64,000 bases of DNA. Origin: Acholeplasmataceae bacterium UBA4853 (lineage in GTDB: Bacteria > Bacillota_I > Bacilli_A > Acholeplasmatales > Acholeplasmataceae). The notes below the pieces were generated by a model, which worked only from the letters and a program-made list of their open reading frames with translations, was not told where the DNA came from and made no database searches. Below are positions 27,417-39,650 of this stretch, in pieces; position 1 is the stretch's first letter; each line of letters opens with the position of its first letter. The position numbers and the translations under genes were made by a program. The stretch spans positions 25,920 to 89,919 of the forward strand of contig DHEJ01000010.1 of assembly GCA_002399815.1 (NCBI GenBank), read 5' to 3'.

Positions 27417-27441
27417 AACGATCCTTGTGGTCGTTTTTTTT
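27417..27441 (+). terminator. Rho-independent terminator
   Basis: AACGATC/GGTCGTT stem (one G-U pair) plus long T-run. Confidence 0.6.
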
Positions 27442-27470
27442 ATAAGATACATGGGTAAACCTATGAATAA

Positions 27471-27484
27471 TTGATGCAGGTCAA
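27471..27484 (+). promoter_or_regulatory. FNR/Flp-type binding site
   Basis: TTGATGCAGGTCAA matches TTGAT-N4-ATCAA at 9/10. It lies upstream of the operon that ends in a Crp/Fnr gene. Confidence 0.7.
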
Positions 27485-27543
27485 GGATTTAGCACATTTT
27501 TTAGACTAAAATGAGTATGTAAAATAAAAAAAGGAGAGTTCAC

Positions 27544-27765
27544 ATGAAAAAGATAGAAATTCAATTAGAGACAGTAACATGTCCATCATGTATCAAAAAG
27601 ATCGAATCTGCTTTAAACAAAAAAGAAGGTGTGTCTGATGCGAAAGTGTTATTTCACGCAAGTAAAGTTAAAGCTGAATTTAATGATGCAGTTGTTAGTC
27701 AAAAAGAAATTGTTGATACAATTGGTAATTTAGGTTATCAAGTCATTTCATCAAGCACATATTAA
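27544..27765 (+). CDS. Heavy-metal-associated (CopZ-like) chaperone
   Basis: TVTCPSC CxxC motif in a 73 aa HMA-fold protein. Confidence 0.9.
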   Translation: MKKIEIQLETVTCPSCIKKIESALNKKEGVSDAKVLFHASKVKAEFNDAVVSQKEIVDTIGNLGYQVISSSTY

Positions 27766-27809
27766 TTTATAAAACCCCATAAATTGGGGTTTTATATCAG
27801 GGAGTATAT

Positions 27810-29660
27810 ATGATTAATCTAGTGAATAAACATAAAAATATCATTACTTTGATTTCAGGTGTTTTAATCTTAAGTGCGTTTATATTCGCATATTTTGGGT
27901 TTAAGGATATCAGTGATATTTTATTAATAATTGCTACCATTCTAGCAAGCATACCAATTTTGATTAAGGCAATTCAATCCACTGTAATGAAGCAATTCAG
28001 TATTGAATTATTAGTTATTATTGCAGTGATTGGTGCATTGTATATTAAAGAATATACTGAATCATCTGTGGTTACATTTCTATTTATGTTTGGTGCTTAT
28101 TTAGAGGCTAAGACATTAAAGAAAATGAGAAATGCATTAAAGAAATTAACGAATTTATCACCTAAAACTGCTGATGTCATCAAAGACGGTCACGTTGTTA
28201 CAAGATTAGTTGATGAGGTTATCGTAGATGATTTAATTGTAGGTAAAACAGGATCTATTATTCCAGTTGATGGCATAGTATCTAAAGGGTTTGCATCAGT
28301 TAATGAATCAAGTATTACAGGTGAATCTATGCCTGTAGGTAAAAAGATTGATGAAATGGTTTATAGTGGTACATTGATTGAAGATGGTTATATAGAGATT
28401 AGAGCGCTTAAAGTTGGACGTGATACGACTTTTAGTAAAATGATTGAACTCATTGAAGAGGCACAAGAAAGTAAATCAAAGACTCAAAAGTTTTTAGATA
28501 AGTTTGCTCAAATATATACGCCTGTTGTTGTCTTGTTATCAATTATTGTTTTATTATGGACAAGAGATTTACATTTATCCATTACATTTTTAGTTGTTGC
28601 ATGTCCTGGTGCATTAGTTATTGGTGCTCCCGTATCAACGGTTGCAGGTATTTCAAATGGAGCATCCAGTGGTATCTTAATTAAAGGTGGCGAGGCGATG
28701 CAAAACTTTGCACACATCGATGCTTTGGTAGTGGATAAAACAGGGACCTTAACCGTTGGTAGACCTGTGGTAGTACATACAAAGAATTACGGTTTTAATG
28801 AAAATGACTGGTTATACTATGCAGCATCTGCAGAAAGTGTATCAGAACATCACCTAGGTAAAGCTATTGTTAAGTATGCAGCTCAAAAAGATATCGTTTT
28901 AAGTAAAGAACATCATAATGCTGAGATTATTAAAGGTGGGGGCATTAAAGTACTAGTTGATGATAAACTTGTAGTCATTGGTACACATGAATTATTAGTC
29001 AAACAAAATATTTTAGTAGATCCTAATGTCATTGATGATCTAAGAACTGAAGAAGAAAAAGGATATACAACTGTTCTTACTTCAATTGATTCTAAAGTAG
29101 TTGGTCTAATTGCGATTGCTGATGAAATTAAAAAAGAAGCTAAAAATGCACTAAATGGTTTGAAAGCACTGGGAATCAAAAAGGTAGTTATGTTAACAGG
29201 TGACCAAGAACGAGTTGCATTAAATGTTGGTAGAAGTGTTGATGTTGATGAAATTCATGCTGGTCTTAAACCGGAGGATAAAGTAGAACATATAAAATCC
29301 TTAATTAAAGAGGGTTATAAGGTGGCAATGATTGGAGACGGATTAAATGATGCACCAGCGCTTGCAACGGCAAATTTAGGTATTGCAATGGGAATTGCCG
29401 GTGTTGAAGTATCCACTGAAGTTGCTGATGTTGTATTAATGTCTGATAATTTACTTCAACTCATTCATGCATATAAATTAGCTAAAAAAACAAATGCTAA
29501 TATGAAACAAAATACACTGATTGCTGTCCTTACAGTTGTTATACTGTTATCTGGTGTTTTATTTAAACTCGTTAATCTAGGTTCAGGTATGTTAATACAC
29601 GAATTGAGCGTTTTAGTTGTTATTTTAAATGCAATGCGACTCTTAAAGTTTAAAAGTTAG
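27810..29660 (+). CDS. P1B-type heavy-metal-translocating ATPase
   Basis: TGES, CPG, DKTGT, SEHH, TGD, GDGLNDAP and C-terminal HELS. No N-terminal metal-binding domain. Confidence 0.92.
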   Translation: MINLVNKHKNIITLISGVLILSAFIFAYFGFKDISDILLIIATILASIPILIKAIQSTVMKQFSIELLVIIAVIGALYIKEYTESSVVTFLFMFGAYLEAKTLKKMRNALKKLTNLSPKTADVIKDGHVVTRLVDEVIVDDLIVGKTGSIIPVDGIVSKGFASVNESSITGESMPVGKKIDEMVYSGTLIEDGYIEIRALKVGRDTTFSKMIELIEEAQESKSKTQKFLDKFAQIYTPVVVLLSIIVLLWTRDLHLSITFLVVACPGALVIGAPVSTVAGISNGASSGILIKGGEAMQNFAHIDALVVDKTGTLTVGRPVVVHTKNYGFNENDWLYYAASAESVSEHHLGKAIVKYAAQKDIVLSKEHHNAEIIKGGGIKVLVDDKLVVIGTHELLVKQNILVDPNVIDDLRTEEEKGYTTVLTSIDSKVVGLIAIADEIKKEAKNALNGLKALGIKKVVMLTGDQERVALNVGRSVDVDEIHAGLKPEDKVEHIKSLIKEGYKVAMIGDGLNDAPALATANLGIAMGIAGVEVSTEVADVVLMSDNLLQLIHAYKLAKKTNANMKQNTLIAVLTVVILLSGVLFKLVNLGSGMLIHELSVLVVILNAMRLLKFKS

Positions 29661-29712
29661 ATAAATAAGGTAAAATGGTACTATAGTTTAAGATTAAAGG
29701 TAGGTGTTTAAA

Positions 29713-30420
29713 TTGAATCAACATAATACACATTGTGAACATGACGATATGAGTTCAGATAAAAATTGTTTACTTAAAGTGCCAATTTTTAATCATTTAG
29801 CATATGATCAGCTTGAACATATATTACCACTTTTAAAATCCAAAAAATTCAAGAAAAAAGAGATTATTTATCAAGTTAATGAAAAAGCAGATACGTTGTA
29901 TATTATTAAAAAAGGGTTAGTTAGAATGTATCGGTTATCTGAAGGTTATAAAGAGCAATTACTTAGATTTTTATATCCTGGAGACTTTACAGGTGAGCTT
30001 AATATATTTACCACAAGTGTCCATGAATCCTTTGCAGAGGCGGTTGAAGATACAGATGTTTGTATGATTAAAAAGGATCAGTTTGAAGCAGTTATTGCAA
30101 AGTATCCGGCCATAGCGTTTATGTTACTAAAAGAAATGTCATTAAGATTAGAAGTTGCAGAAAAACAAATGACTTGGATTTCTGCAGAAACTGTTGAAAT
30201 GCGAATTGCAAAATTCTTAGTTGGTTTGATGGATCCAAATAAAGATAGTAATATTGTTGAACTTACAATGTCTAGAAAGAATTTGGCATCTTTTCTAGGC
30301 ACCAGTCCCGAGACATTAAGTAGAAGATTAGCACGATTAGAGGATTTGAAGTATATTAAACAATTATCAACCAAAGTGATTCAATTGAATGATATTGAGA
30401 AGTTATTAGAGTCTGCATAA
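29713..30420 (+). CDS. Crp/Fnr-family regulator (Flp-like)
   Basis: His/Cys-rich N-terminus (HNTHCEH...C), cNMP-binding barrel (GDFTGE) and HTH LGTSPETLSR. Start is TTG 29713 or GTG 29704. Confidence 0.9.
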   Translation: MNQHNTHCEHDDMSSDKNCLLKVPIFNHLAYDQLEHILPLLKSKKFKKKEIIYQVNEKADTLYIIKKGLVRMYRLSEGYKEQLLRFLYPGDFTGELNIFTTSVHESFAEAVEDTDVCMIKKDQFEAVIAKYPAIAFMLLKEMSLRLEVAEKQMTWISAETVEMRIAKFLVGLMDPNKDSNIVELTMSRKNLASFLGTSPETLSRRLARLEDLKYIKQLSTKVIQLNDIEKLLESA

Positions 30421-30470
30421 AATAAGAAATAAATATGTCATAATGAAAATGATTCTATGATAAAAGATGT

Positions 30471-30511
30471 AAAAAAGTCTACAAGGCGCTTTCCATGATG
30501 TAGACTTTTTT
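30471..30511 (+). terminator. Rho-independent terminator
   Basis: AAAAAAGTCTACA/TGTAGACTTTTTT. Confidence 0.75.
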
Positions 30512-30590
30512 CATTTTTATTTTCATAAATTTTCACTGATTTTAATTCTAAATATTGGTATATAATGATTAAACCAAAGAGGAAAAAATA

Positions 30591-31865
30591 ATGATTGATA
30601 TGGAGATATATAAACTTAATAGAAACATTCTATGTATAGATTTAAAGAGTTTTTATGCCTCTGTAGAATGTGCATTACGAGGGCTTGATCCATTTACAAC
30701 ACCCTTGGTAGTAGCAGATAGTGGTAGAGGTGGTGGGTCAATTGTTTTGGCTGTAACACCTTACTTAAAATCTAAAGGTATTCCTTCTAGATGTCGTATA
30801 TTTGAAATACCAAAAGACCTTGATATCATCTTTGCTAAGCCAAGAATGCAGTCCTATCTGGAGTATTCTAGTAAAGTGATTGAGGTGTATTTAGAATTCA
30901 TCTCGGATGAGGATCTTTATATCTACTCTGTTGATGAGGCGTTTTTAGATGTCACATCCTATTTAAAATTATATGATGTGAGTGCTGAAGAGCTTGCTAG
31001 AAGGATTTTAAAAAGAATTGAGGAAAAATTAAAACTCTATGCAACATGTGGTATTGGACCCAATATGCTTATGGCTAAACTTGCTTTAGATATTGAATCT
31101 AAGAAAGCTAAAGAGTTTATTGCTAAATGGACTTATGAAGATATTCCTTCTAAATTGTGGGAAGTTGAACCTTTAAGTAAAATGTGGGGGATTGGTTCCC
31201 GGATGGAAGCGAATTTAAATGCCTTAGGTTTATATAAGATTGGGGATATTGCAGCATACGATGTTAAGAAGCTAAAGAAAATATATGGTGTCTTAGGTGA
31301 GGAATTATTTTATCATACCCATGGTATTGATTTATCTATGATTAAGGATAAACAAACACTTAGAGGAAAACCTAAATCCTTTGGTGTTGGTCAAGTTTTA
31401 TTTAGAAACTATAATGCTGATGAGATTCTTACGATTATTTTAGAAATGACAGATGATGTGACTAGAAGAATGCGAATAGGTAAGAAGAAGACACGTACAA
31501 TTTCTTTGTCTATTGGTTATTCAAAGGAGTATCATTCAGGTTTTTCTAGACAGGTAACGCTTGAACAGCCTACACATAATGAATCGGTTATTTATAAGAC
31601 GTGTTTGGAAATCTTTGACGCATTCTATGAAGGATTTCCAATTCGAACTGTCAGTATTGGATTAAGTAATCTAACGGATAATAAAACATATCAATATTCT
31701 ATTTTTGAAGATGCTTTAGCACTTGATAAGGAATATCAACTTCAAGCAACATTAGATCAGATTAAGAATAAGTTTGGTAAGAATTCAGCGACAAGATTAG
31801 TATCTGAATTAGAACATTCGACTGCTAAAATGAGAAATAAACAAATTGGTGGACATAATGTATAA
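30591..31865 (+). CDS. Y-family translesion DNA polymerase (UmuC/YqjW/UvrX-like)
   Basis: IDLKSFYASVE, YSVDEAFLD, MAKLALD, MWGIG and C-terminal IGGH. Confidence 0.92.
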   Translation: MIDMEIYKLNRNILCIDLKSFYASVECALRGLDPFTTPLVVADSGRGGGSIVLAVTPYLKSKGIPSRCRIFEIPKDLDIIFAKPRMQSYLEYSSKVIEVYLEFISDEDLYIYSVDEAFLDVTSYLKLYDVSAEELARRILKRIEEKLKLYATCGIGPNMLMAKLALDIESKKAKEFIAKWTYEDIPSKLWEVEPLSKMWGIGSRMEANLNALGLYKIGDIAAYDVKKLKKIYGVLGEELFYHTHGIDLSMIKDKQTLRGKPKSFGVGQVLFRNYNADEILTIILEMTDDVTRRMRIGKKKTRTISLSIGYSKEYHSGFSRQVTLEQPTHNESVIYKTCLEIFDAFYEGFPIRTVSIGLSNLTDNKTYQYSIFEDALALDKEYQLQATLDQIKNKFGKNSATRLVSELEHSTAKMRNKQIGGHNV

Positions 31866-32208
31866 AGACAGAGGAATTATCAAATGGGCACCATTTGATG
31901 CATTGATTGGATTTAATCAAATGATTGCCGATATTAAGTATCGATTAGGTAAAAAAGAGAAGCCTATATTAAGTGAGGATCATTTAGATCTGATGAATCG
32001 TCACATGCAATATGCTTTAAAGCATCAAATAGAAATCATAATAAACTACTGTGAAGATGGCTACTTTTATGAAGTCTTTGGAACTATAAAACAAATTGAT
32101 TCAATTAAAAATCAAATAATACTTTCAATGAATCAAATCATTTCACTTGAAAATATTGTTAATATTTGGTGTGAATCCTATGAAGATAAACTAAATATCT
32201 CAACTTAA
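31858..32208 (+). CDS. YolD-like protein
   Basis: DRGIIKWAPF and KPILSED motifs. Overlaps the polymerase stop. Confidence 0.88.
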   Translation: MYKDRGIIKWAPFDALIGFNQMIADIKYRLGKKEKPILSEDHLDLMNRHMQYALKHQIEIIINYCEDGYFYEVFGTIKQIDSIKNQIILSMNQIISLENIVNIWCESYEDKLNIST

Positions 32209-32318
32209 TGATTTATCAATTATTTAGGTGCTTAATTTTTAGAAAAATACACTTTTCTTCAATAAAATAAATGCTCATAACTGCTAAATAAAGCCAAATA
32301 ACAAACTTTCACACATAT

Positions 32319-32350
32319 AAGCAATGACTTTGAATAAAGTCGTTGCTTTT
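32319..32350 (+). terminator. Terminator-like hairpin
   Basis: AAGCAATGACTTT/AAAGTCGTTGCTT plus T-run. Confidence 0.65.
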
Positions 32351-32533
32351 GTTATAATGAAATAGACAAATAATATATAGAAATATCAGTAAAGATAGAT
32401 TAAAATGTATATTAGAACTCAAAAAAAATGTACTAAAACAAAATAAGAGTTAATCTGTTCCGTGTTATAATTATATTAAAGTTGACTTTAACATGAAACT
32501 TTTTTAACTCTAGAATAGCGAAAGGAATGTTTT

Positions 32534-32752
32534 ATGAAACGTGCGATCAGATTATATGTACTTGTAACTCAGTTTATATTTACCATGGTTTTAAGTGGTA
32601 TTTTGGGTGCAATAATTGGTAAATCAACTGATCCTGAAGGCACTTCAGAAACACTTTACGCGGGTATTGGTTTGGTTATAGGGTTATTTATAAGCATGAT
32701 GTTAATCTTACAATTTATGAAAAATGAAAAGTTGGCAAAACACGATGATTAA
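32534..32752 (+). CDS. AtpZ/AtpI-family (ATPase gene 1) membrane protein
   Basis: Two TM helices with Gly-rich pattern. First gene of the atp operon. Confidence 0.7.
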   Translation: MKRAIRLYVLVTQFIFTMVLSGILGAIIGKSTDPEGTSETLYAGIGLVIGLFISMMLILQFMKNEKLAKHDD

Positions 32753-33104
32753 TTTAAAAAGAACATACATTTATGCAAGTATCTTATCACTAATTGGAAT
32801 CCTTGTTTATGCGATTTGGTTTTCTGATCTTATTCTATGGTTTTTAATTGCTGTTGGGATAACCCTGATTAATTATTATTTTTTAATTAGAATAGAAAAA
32901 TATCAGTCGATTAATCATTTAAATGTTTTAGGTACATTATTTTTGAGATATCTAGTCTATATTATCGTAGCATTTGTAGTGATATGGTCTCAAAAGGATA
33001 GTCCAATATTAATTGAGATTGGTATCACGCTTGCAATAGGATTTTCAGTTGTCCAAGTTAGTAGTATCCTAAATGCTTTAATTAAGAGAAATGGGGTGAA
33101 GTAG
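32745..33104 (+). CDS. atpI: ATP synthase accessory subunit I
   Basis: Four TM helices and an LRYL motif, directly before atpB. Confidence 0.65.
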   Translation: MINLKRTYIYASILSLIGILVYAIWFSDLILWFLIAVGITLINYYFLIRIEKYQSINHLNVLGTLFLRYLVYIIVAFVVIWSQKDSPILIEIGITLAIGFSVVQVSSILNALIKRNGVK

Positions 33105-33778
33105 TGATAGATTACTTAAAATCTATTCCATTTTACATTTGGTCTAGTTACATTATTGTATTTGCTTTAATCATAGTATTTTTGATTGTAAGAAAACAAC
33201 TAAGTCGTTTGAAATTAGGCGAAAAACCGGGATTATTTCTAACAGTATTTATTTCACTTGTCGAGTTTATTAATGGATATGTTAAAACAAATATTGGTAA
33301 GCATTGGCGTTTTGTTGCACCACTTGTACTTGGATTAGGTGCACTGATCTTTGCTTCTAATATTTCTGGTCTATTCTTACTGGATACACCAACAAAATAT
33401 ACAACAGTCACGCTTGCGTTTGCACTAGTCAGTGTATTTATTACACAAGCCACTGGGATTAAAAGTAGAAAGTGGAAGCATGCAAAAACTTTAGTTGGTC
33501 CAATGCCATGGTTATCACCGATTATGGTGCCACTAAATTTATTATCAGATTTAATGCCCTTGATATCCATGACAGTTCGTCTATTTGGAAATATTGCATC
33601 TGGAGCAGCATTACTTACATTGGTTTATGCATTTGGTTCTTGGACAGCAGTATTCTTAGCACCACCATTACATTTACTCTTTGATATTGGATTTGGATTA
33701 ATTCAAACAATAGTATTTGTATTATTAACGATTGTATTTACATCAAACAAACTAGAAGAAAGCGATTTTGAAATCTGA
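33104..33778 (+). CDS. atpB: FoF1 ATP synthase subunit a
   Basis: SMTVRLFGNI and GLIQTIVFVLLT motifs. Confidence 0.93.
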   Translation: MIDYLKSIPFYIWSSYIIVFALIIVFLIVRKQLSRLKLGEKPGLFLTVFISLVEFINGYVKTNIGKHWRFVAPLVLGLGALIFASNISGLFLLDTPTKYTTVTLAFALVSVFITQATGIKSRKWKHAKTLVGPMPWLSPIMVPLNLLSDLMPLISMTVRLFGNIASGAALLTLVYAFGSWTAVFLAPPLHLLFDIGFGLIQTIVFVLLTIVFTSNKLEESDFEI

Positions 33779-33791
33779 GGAGGAAGAACAT

Positions 33792-34061
33792 ATGAATTTA
33801 GAACTATTTAACATTTTACAGGTAATACCAAATGAGTTTTATGCACAGGGTATGGCATATATCGGTGCTGCGATTGCTATTTTAACAGCTGGTTTCGCAG
33901 GTATTGGACAAGGATTAGTTGCAATGAAAGCAGTTGAGGCGGTTGGTCGTCAACCTGAGGCATCAGGTAAAATCACGGTGACCATGATTTTAGGTCAAGC
34001 AATTGTTGAAACATCAGGTATTTACGCATTAATTATTGCATTTATTTTAGCAAGTAAGTAA
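33792..34061 (+). CDS. atpE: FoF1 ATP synthase subunit c, Na+-type signature
   Basis: GIGQG, RQPE and AIVETSGIY. GAGGAGG RBS precedes ATG 33792. Confidence 0.95.
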   Translation: MNLELFNILQVIPNEFYAQGMAYIGAAIAILTAGFAGIGQGLVAMKAVEAVGRQPEASGKITVTMILGQAIVETSGIYALIIAFILASK

Positions 34062-34071
34062 GGTATTACTT

Positions 34072-34599
34072 ATGGATATTTTCAAAGAAATTGCTGATGT
34101 AATACAAGAAGGACTTAATTCGATATTTGAACGTTGGGATTTAGTTTTATGGCAATTAGGAGCAACAATTATATTATTGATTGCAATCCGTGTTTTTCTA
34201 TGGAAACCAATTACTAAATTCTTAGATCAAAGAAGTGATGCACTTTCTAGAGAATTGCATGAAGCAAAACACGAACGTGAACGTGTGACTCAAATTCGTT
34301 TGGAAACACAAACTGAGTATGAAACAATTAAATCAGAAATTAGAGAATTAAAAGAAACATTACTCAATGAATCACATGCAGAAAAAGAACGAATTATTAG
34401 TGAAGCAAGAGCTGAGGCAAAAAGAAGAATCAGTCAAGTTGATCATGATATTGCACAAGAAGTTAAAATGCAAAATGAAAAGATTAAAGAAAATATTAAA
34501 AAAATTGCTTTTCAAATTGCTGAGAAAATTGTGGCACATGAAATTGAAGAAGACGAAGTTGATGAAGCCATCAGCGAATTAATTGATCGTAAATTATGA
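34072..34599 (+). CDS. atpF: ATP synthase subunit b
   Basis: TM helix, FLWKPI, coiled coil and AEKIV. Confidence 0.9.
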   Translation: MDIFKEIADVIQEGLNSIFERWDLVLWQLGATIILLIAIRVFLWKPITKFLDQRSDALSRELHEAKHERERVTQIRLETQTEYETIKSEIRELKETLLNESHAEKERIISEARAEAKRRISQVDHDIAQEVKMQNEKIKENIKKIAFQIAEKIVAHEIEEDEVDEAISELIDRKL

Positions 34600-35111
34600 T
34601 TGAAAATACATATGCTGAAGCATTGTTTAAACTTGCAATGAAAGAAAACAGTTTGCAAAGCATGATTGAGCAATTTGAAAATTTTAATGATATTGCAATC
34701 GATCATCCCGACTGGATTGTTTTACTGGATACATCAAGTATTAGAAATAAAAATAAAAGACAGATGCTTGAAGAGTTAGGTGTATTTGATAAGGCGTTCG
34801 TTAATTTTTTAATGATTTTGATTAGAAATCATGATATTAAATATTATCAAGACATTTATGAACAATGGATTATATTATCTAGAAGAGAACAAAAAATTGC
34901 CTTTGTGCATTTATATACTTCAAAAAAATTAAGTAGTAAACAGATTGAAAGATTAAGACAAGAAGTACAAGCGTTTATTCCAAATATGACAATTGAGTTT
35001 AGAATTCAAATTGATAGTTCTTTAATTGAAGGTATACGTATGACTTATCAAGGTCGTAGTATTGAAAGATCCTTAAAAAGAACCATTGATGATATGAAAT
35101 CAAACATTTAG
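34596..35111 (+). CDS. atpH: ATP synthase subunit delta
   Basis: YAEALF and IDSSLIEG motifs; operon position. Confidence 0.9.
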   Translation: MIENTYAEALFKLAMKENSLQSMIEQFENFNDIAIDHPDWIVLLDTSSIRNKNKRQMLEELGVFDKAFVNFLMILIRNHDIKYYQDIYEQWIILSRREQKIAFVHLYTSKKLSSKQIERLRQEVQAFIPNMTIEFRIQIDSSLIEGIRMTYQGRSIERSLKRTIDDMKSNI

Positions 35112-35124
35112 AAAGGACTTAAAT

Positions 35125-36630
35125 ATGGCAAAGATTGACGTAGATCAAATTAGTGCACTCATTCAAAAACAAATCGAAAACTATAAAGAAGATGTCAGAC
35201 TTGAATCCGTAGGTCGTGTTTTAAGTGTGGCCGATGGTATTGCCAATGTTTATGGACTTTCTCAAGCAATATTAGGTGAATTAGTTGAATTACCTAATAA
35301 TGTTAAAGGTTTAGTTTTCAATTTAGAACAATATAGTGTTGGTGTTATCTTATTTGGTAGAACTGAATTAATCAAAGAAGGTGACTACGTACGCTCAACT
35401 AAAAAGATATTTGAAGTGCCAGTTGGTGATGCTTTACTTGGACGTGTTATTGACCCATTAGGTAATCCACTGGATTTAAAAGGTACAATTGTTAGTGAAA
35501 AAATGTTACCGGTTGAACGTATGGCCAAAAGTATTATGGATCGTGATTTTATTAATGAACCTTTACATACGGGTATTAAAGTTATTGATGCGTTAGTTCC
35601 AATTGGAAAAGGTCAGCGTGAGTTGATTATTGGTGACAGACAAACGGGTAAAACAACGATTGCTATCGACACCATATTAAATCAAAGAGATAAAAATGTT
35701 ATCTGTGTTTATGTGGCAATCGGACAAAAGGATTCATCGATTGCAAATCTAGTTAAATTACTACAAATTAAGGATGCACTTCATTATACTGTTGTGGTCA
35801 ATGCAAGTGCTGCAAAAGAATCAACTTTACTATACCTAGCACCTTATAGTGGTGCAAGTATTGCAGAATACTTTATGGAAAAGGGTAAAGATGTATTAAT
35901 TATTTACGATGATTTATCAAAACATGCTGTAGCTTATCGTGAGTTATCTTTATTAATGAAAAGACCTTCTGGTCGTGAAGCATATCCTGGCGATGTGTTC
36001 TATTTACATTCAAGATTACTTGAACGTGCTGGTAAACTAAGTAAAAAACTAGGTGGTGGTAGTATTACAGCACTACCTATTGTTGAAACTCAAGCTGGTG
36101 ATATTAGTGCATATATTCCAACCAATATCATTTCAATTACTGATGGACAATTGTATTTGGAAAATAAATTATTTTATCAAGGAATAAGACCTGCAATTAG
36201 TGCTGGTTTATCGGTTTCTCGGGTTGGAGGAGCTGCACAGTGGAAGGCTATGAAACAAGTAGCTGGTACACTTAGAATTGCTTTAGCAAGTTACCGTGAA
36301 TTAGAATCCTTTGTTCAATTTGGATCAGATTTAGACCAAGCATCTAAAAAACGATTGGACCGTGGTAGAAAAACAGTTGAGATCTTAAAACAAGATGTTC
36401 ATGAACTCATTAGTATGGAATCTCAAATTGTTACCTTTTATGCGCTTGAAAATGGTTTTATGGATGATTTAAACTTGAAACAATTAAATAACATGATAGA
36501 TGAAATTCAACAAGGTTTATCTTTAAATGCAATTGGTAGACAACTAAAAGAAGCCTTATCAAGGGATAAAGAGATTAAAGATCGTGAATTGCTAGAACAA
36601 TTTATTCATCATGTAAGGAGATTTGTATAA
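35125..36630 (+). CDS. atpA: ATP synthase subunit alpha
   Basis: GDRQTGKT and [19 protein letters not shown]. Confidence 0.98.
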   Translation: MAKIDVDQISALIQKQIENYKEDVRLESVGRVLSVADGIANVYGLSQAILGELVELPNNVKGLVFNLEQYSVGVILFGRTELIKEGDYVRSTKKIFEVPVGDALLGRVIDPLGNPLDLKGTIVSEKMLPVERMAKSIMDRDFINEPLHTGIKVIDALVPIGKGQRELIIGDRQTGKTTIAIDTILNQRDKNVICVYVAIGQKDSSIANLVKLLQIKDALHYTVVVNASAAKESTLLYLAPYSGASIAEYFMEKGKDVLIIYDDLSKHAVAYRELSLLMKRPSGREAYPGDVFYLHSRLLERAGKLSKKLGGGSITALPIVETQAGDISAYIPTNIISITDGQLYLENKLFYQGIRPAISAGLSVSRVGGAAQWKAMKQVAGTLRIALASYRELESFVQFGSDLDQASKKRLDRGRKTVEILKQDVHELISMESQIVTFYALENGFMDDLNLKQLNNMIDEIQQGLSLNAIGRQLKEALSRDKEIKDRELLEQFIHHVRRFV

Positions 36631-37478
36631 TGGCAAATCTTCAACAACTAAAATCAAGAATTGAATCTGTAGAAAAAACTGCTTCAATAACTAAGGCTAT
36701 GTATCAAATCGCATCATCCAAACTCGTATCTACACAAGATAATTATAAAAAGTATCAAGTGTTTAAAAAGACTTTTGATGAGGTTATGGATACTGTCATA
36801 AGTGGTTTTGATACACACCCTTATATGGCAAAAAAGGATGCTTCAAAGCATAAACTTTACATCCTTATTTCAGCTGATCGTGGTTTAGTTGGTAGTTATC
36901 ATCATAATTTATTTAAGTTCTTTTTAAATGATATTGAACATCAAGATAAATCATTTTTACATATACTTGCTATCGGTAAAAAGGCATATACGTTTGCTAA
37001 GAAACATCAAATTGAATTGATTAATGAACGCATTATTCCAAATTATGATCAAATATCTGAATTGACATATCCTAAATATATGAGTAATATTGTCGAACAA
37101 TTTTTGAATAATTCAATTGGTGAAATTGTTGTTTATTCAAACCATTTTGTTAATAATATGTCTCAAAAACCGATAAGTGAAGTCTTATTACCTTTAAAAC
37201 CTAAAGAAAAATCAGAAAATTTCAATAAGAATTTAATGATTTATGAAGGTGGTAGACATAAAGTATTATCCGAAATTATGTTAATTTATATGCAATCTAG
37301 AACGTATGGACTTTTACTTGATGCTAAATTAAGTGAGTTTTCATCCCGTATTATGGCGATGAAAAGTGCTACAGATAATGCATCAGAAGCATTAGATAAG
37401 TTGAAATTAAAATATAATCAAGCAAGACAACATAAAATTACAAACGATTTACTAGATATCTCAAATTCTAAATTATAG
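36630..37478 (+). CDS. atpG: ATP synthase subunit gamma
   Basis: ITKAM, ADRGLVG, AMKSATDNA and YNQARQHKIT. Confidence 0.96.
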   Translation: MANLQQLKSRIESVEKTASITKAMYQIASSKLVSTQDNYKKYQVFKKTFDEVMDTVISGFDTHPYMAKKDASKHKLYILISADRGLVGSYHHNLFKFFLNDIEHQDKSFLHILAIGKKAYTFAKKHQIELINERIIPNYDQISELTYPKYMSNIVEQFLNNSIGEIVVYSNHFVNNMSQKPISEVLLPLKPKEKSENFNKNLMIYEGGRHKVLSEIMLIYMQSRTYGLLLDAKLSEFSSRIMAMKSATDNASEALDKLKLKYNQARQHKITNDLLDISNSKL

Positions 37479-39256
<1,778 letters not shown>

Positions 39257-39258
39257 AG

Positions 39259-39543
39259 ATGAAGATTCATCACATCATATTAAGTATTTTCAATATCTTA
39301 ATCTATTTAGCTGAAATATTGTTTTTAATCTATATATTTTCGCCGATGAATCAAAACTGGGCTTTTTATATCTTGATTGTAATCACCTTACCATTTCATC
39401 TCATACTTATAGGATTAGGCATCATCACATGTATCAGGTTATTAATGAAAAAACGAGCTAAAGTCTTAAAGTTTTTACCAGTACTATCAATTATCAATAC
39501 GATATTAGTGTTATTAATATTCATAGTGACGTTAATGAGTTAA
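39259..39543 (+). CDS. Hypothetical three-TM membrane protein at the end of the atp operon
   Basis: Hydrophobic 94 aa ORF starting 2 nt after the atpC stop and ending before the terminator. Confidence 0.6.
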   Translation: MKIHHIILSIFNILIYLAEILFLIYIFSPMNQNWAFYILIVITLPFHLILIGLGIITCIRLLMKKRAKVLKFLPVLSIINTILVLLIFIVTLMS

Positions 39544-39546
39544 AAT

Positions 39547-39570
39547 CAAAAGGGTGAAAAACCCTTTTTT
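39547..39570 (+). terminator. atp operon terminator
   Basis: AAAAGGGT/ACCCTTTT plus T-run. Confidence 0.8.
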
Positions 39571-39650
39571 AATGGATTGATTGAGCTATTAAACATGTAT
39601 AAATCACTTAATTTTGAATAATTATGTATAATAATTAAAAGAGGTGTTTT

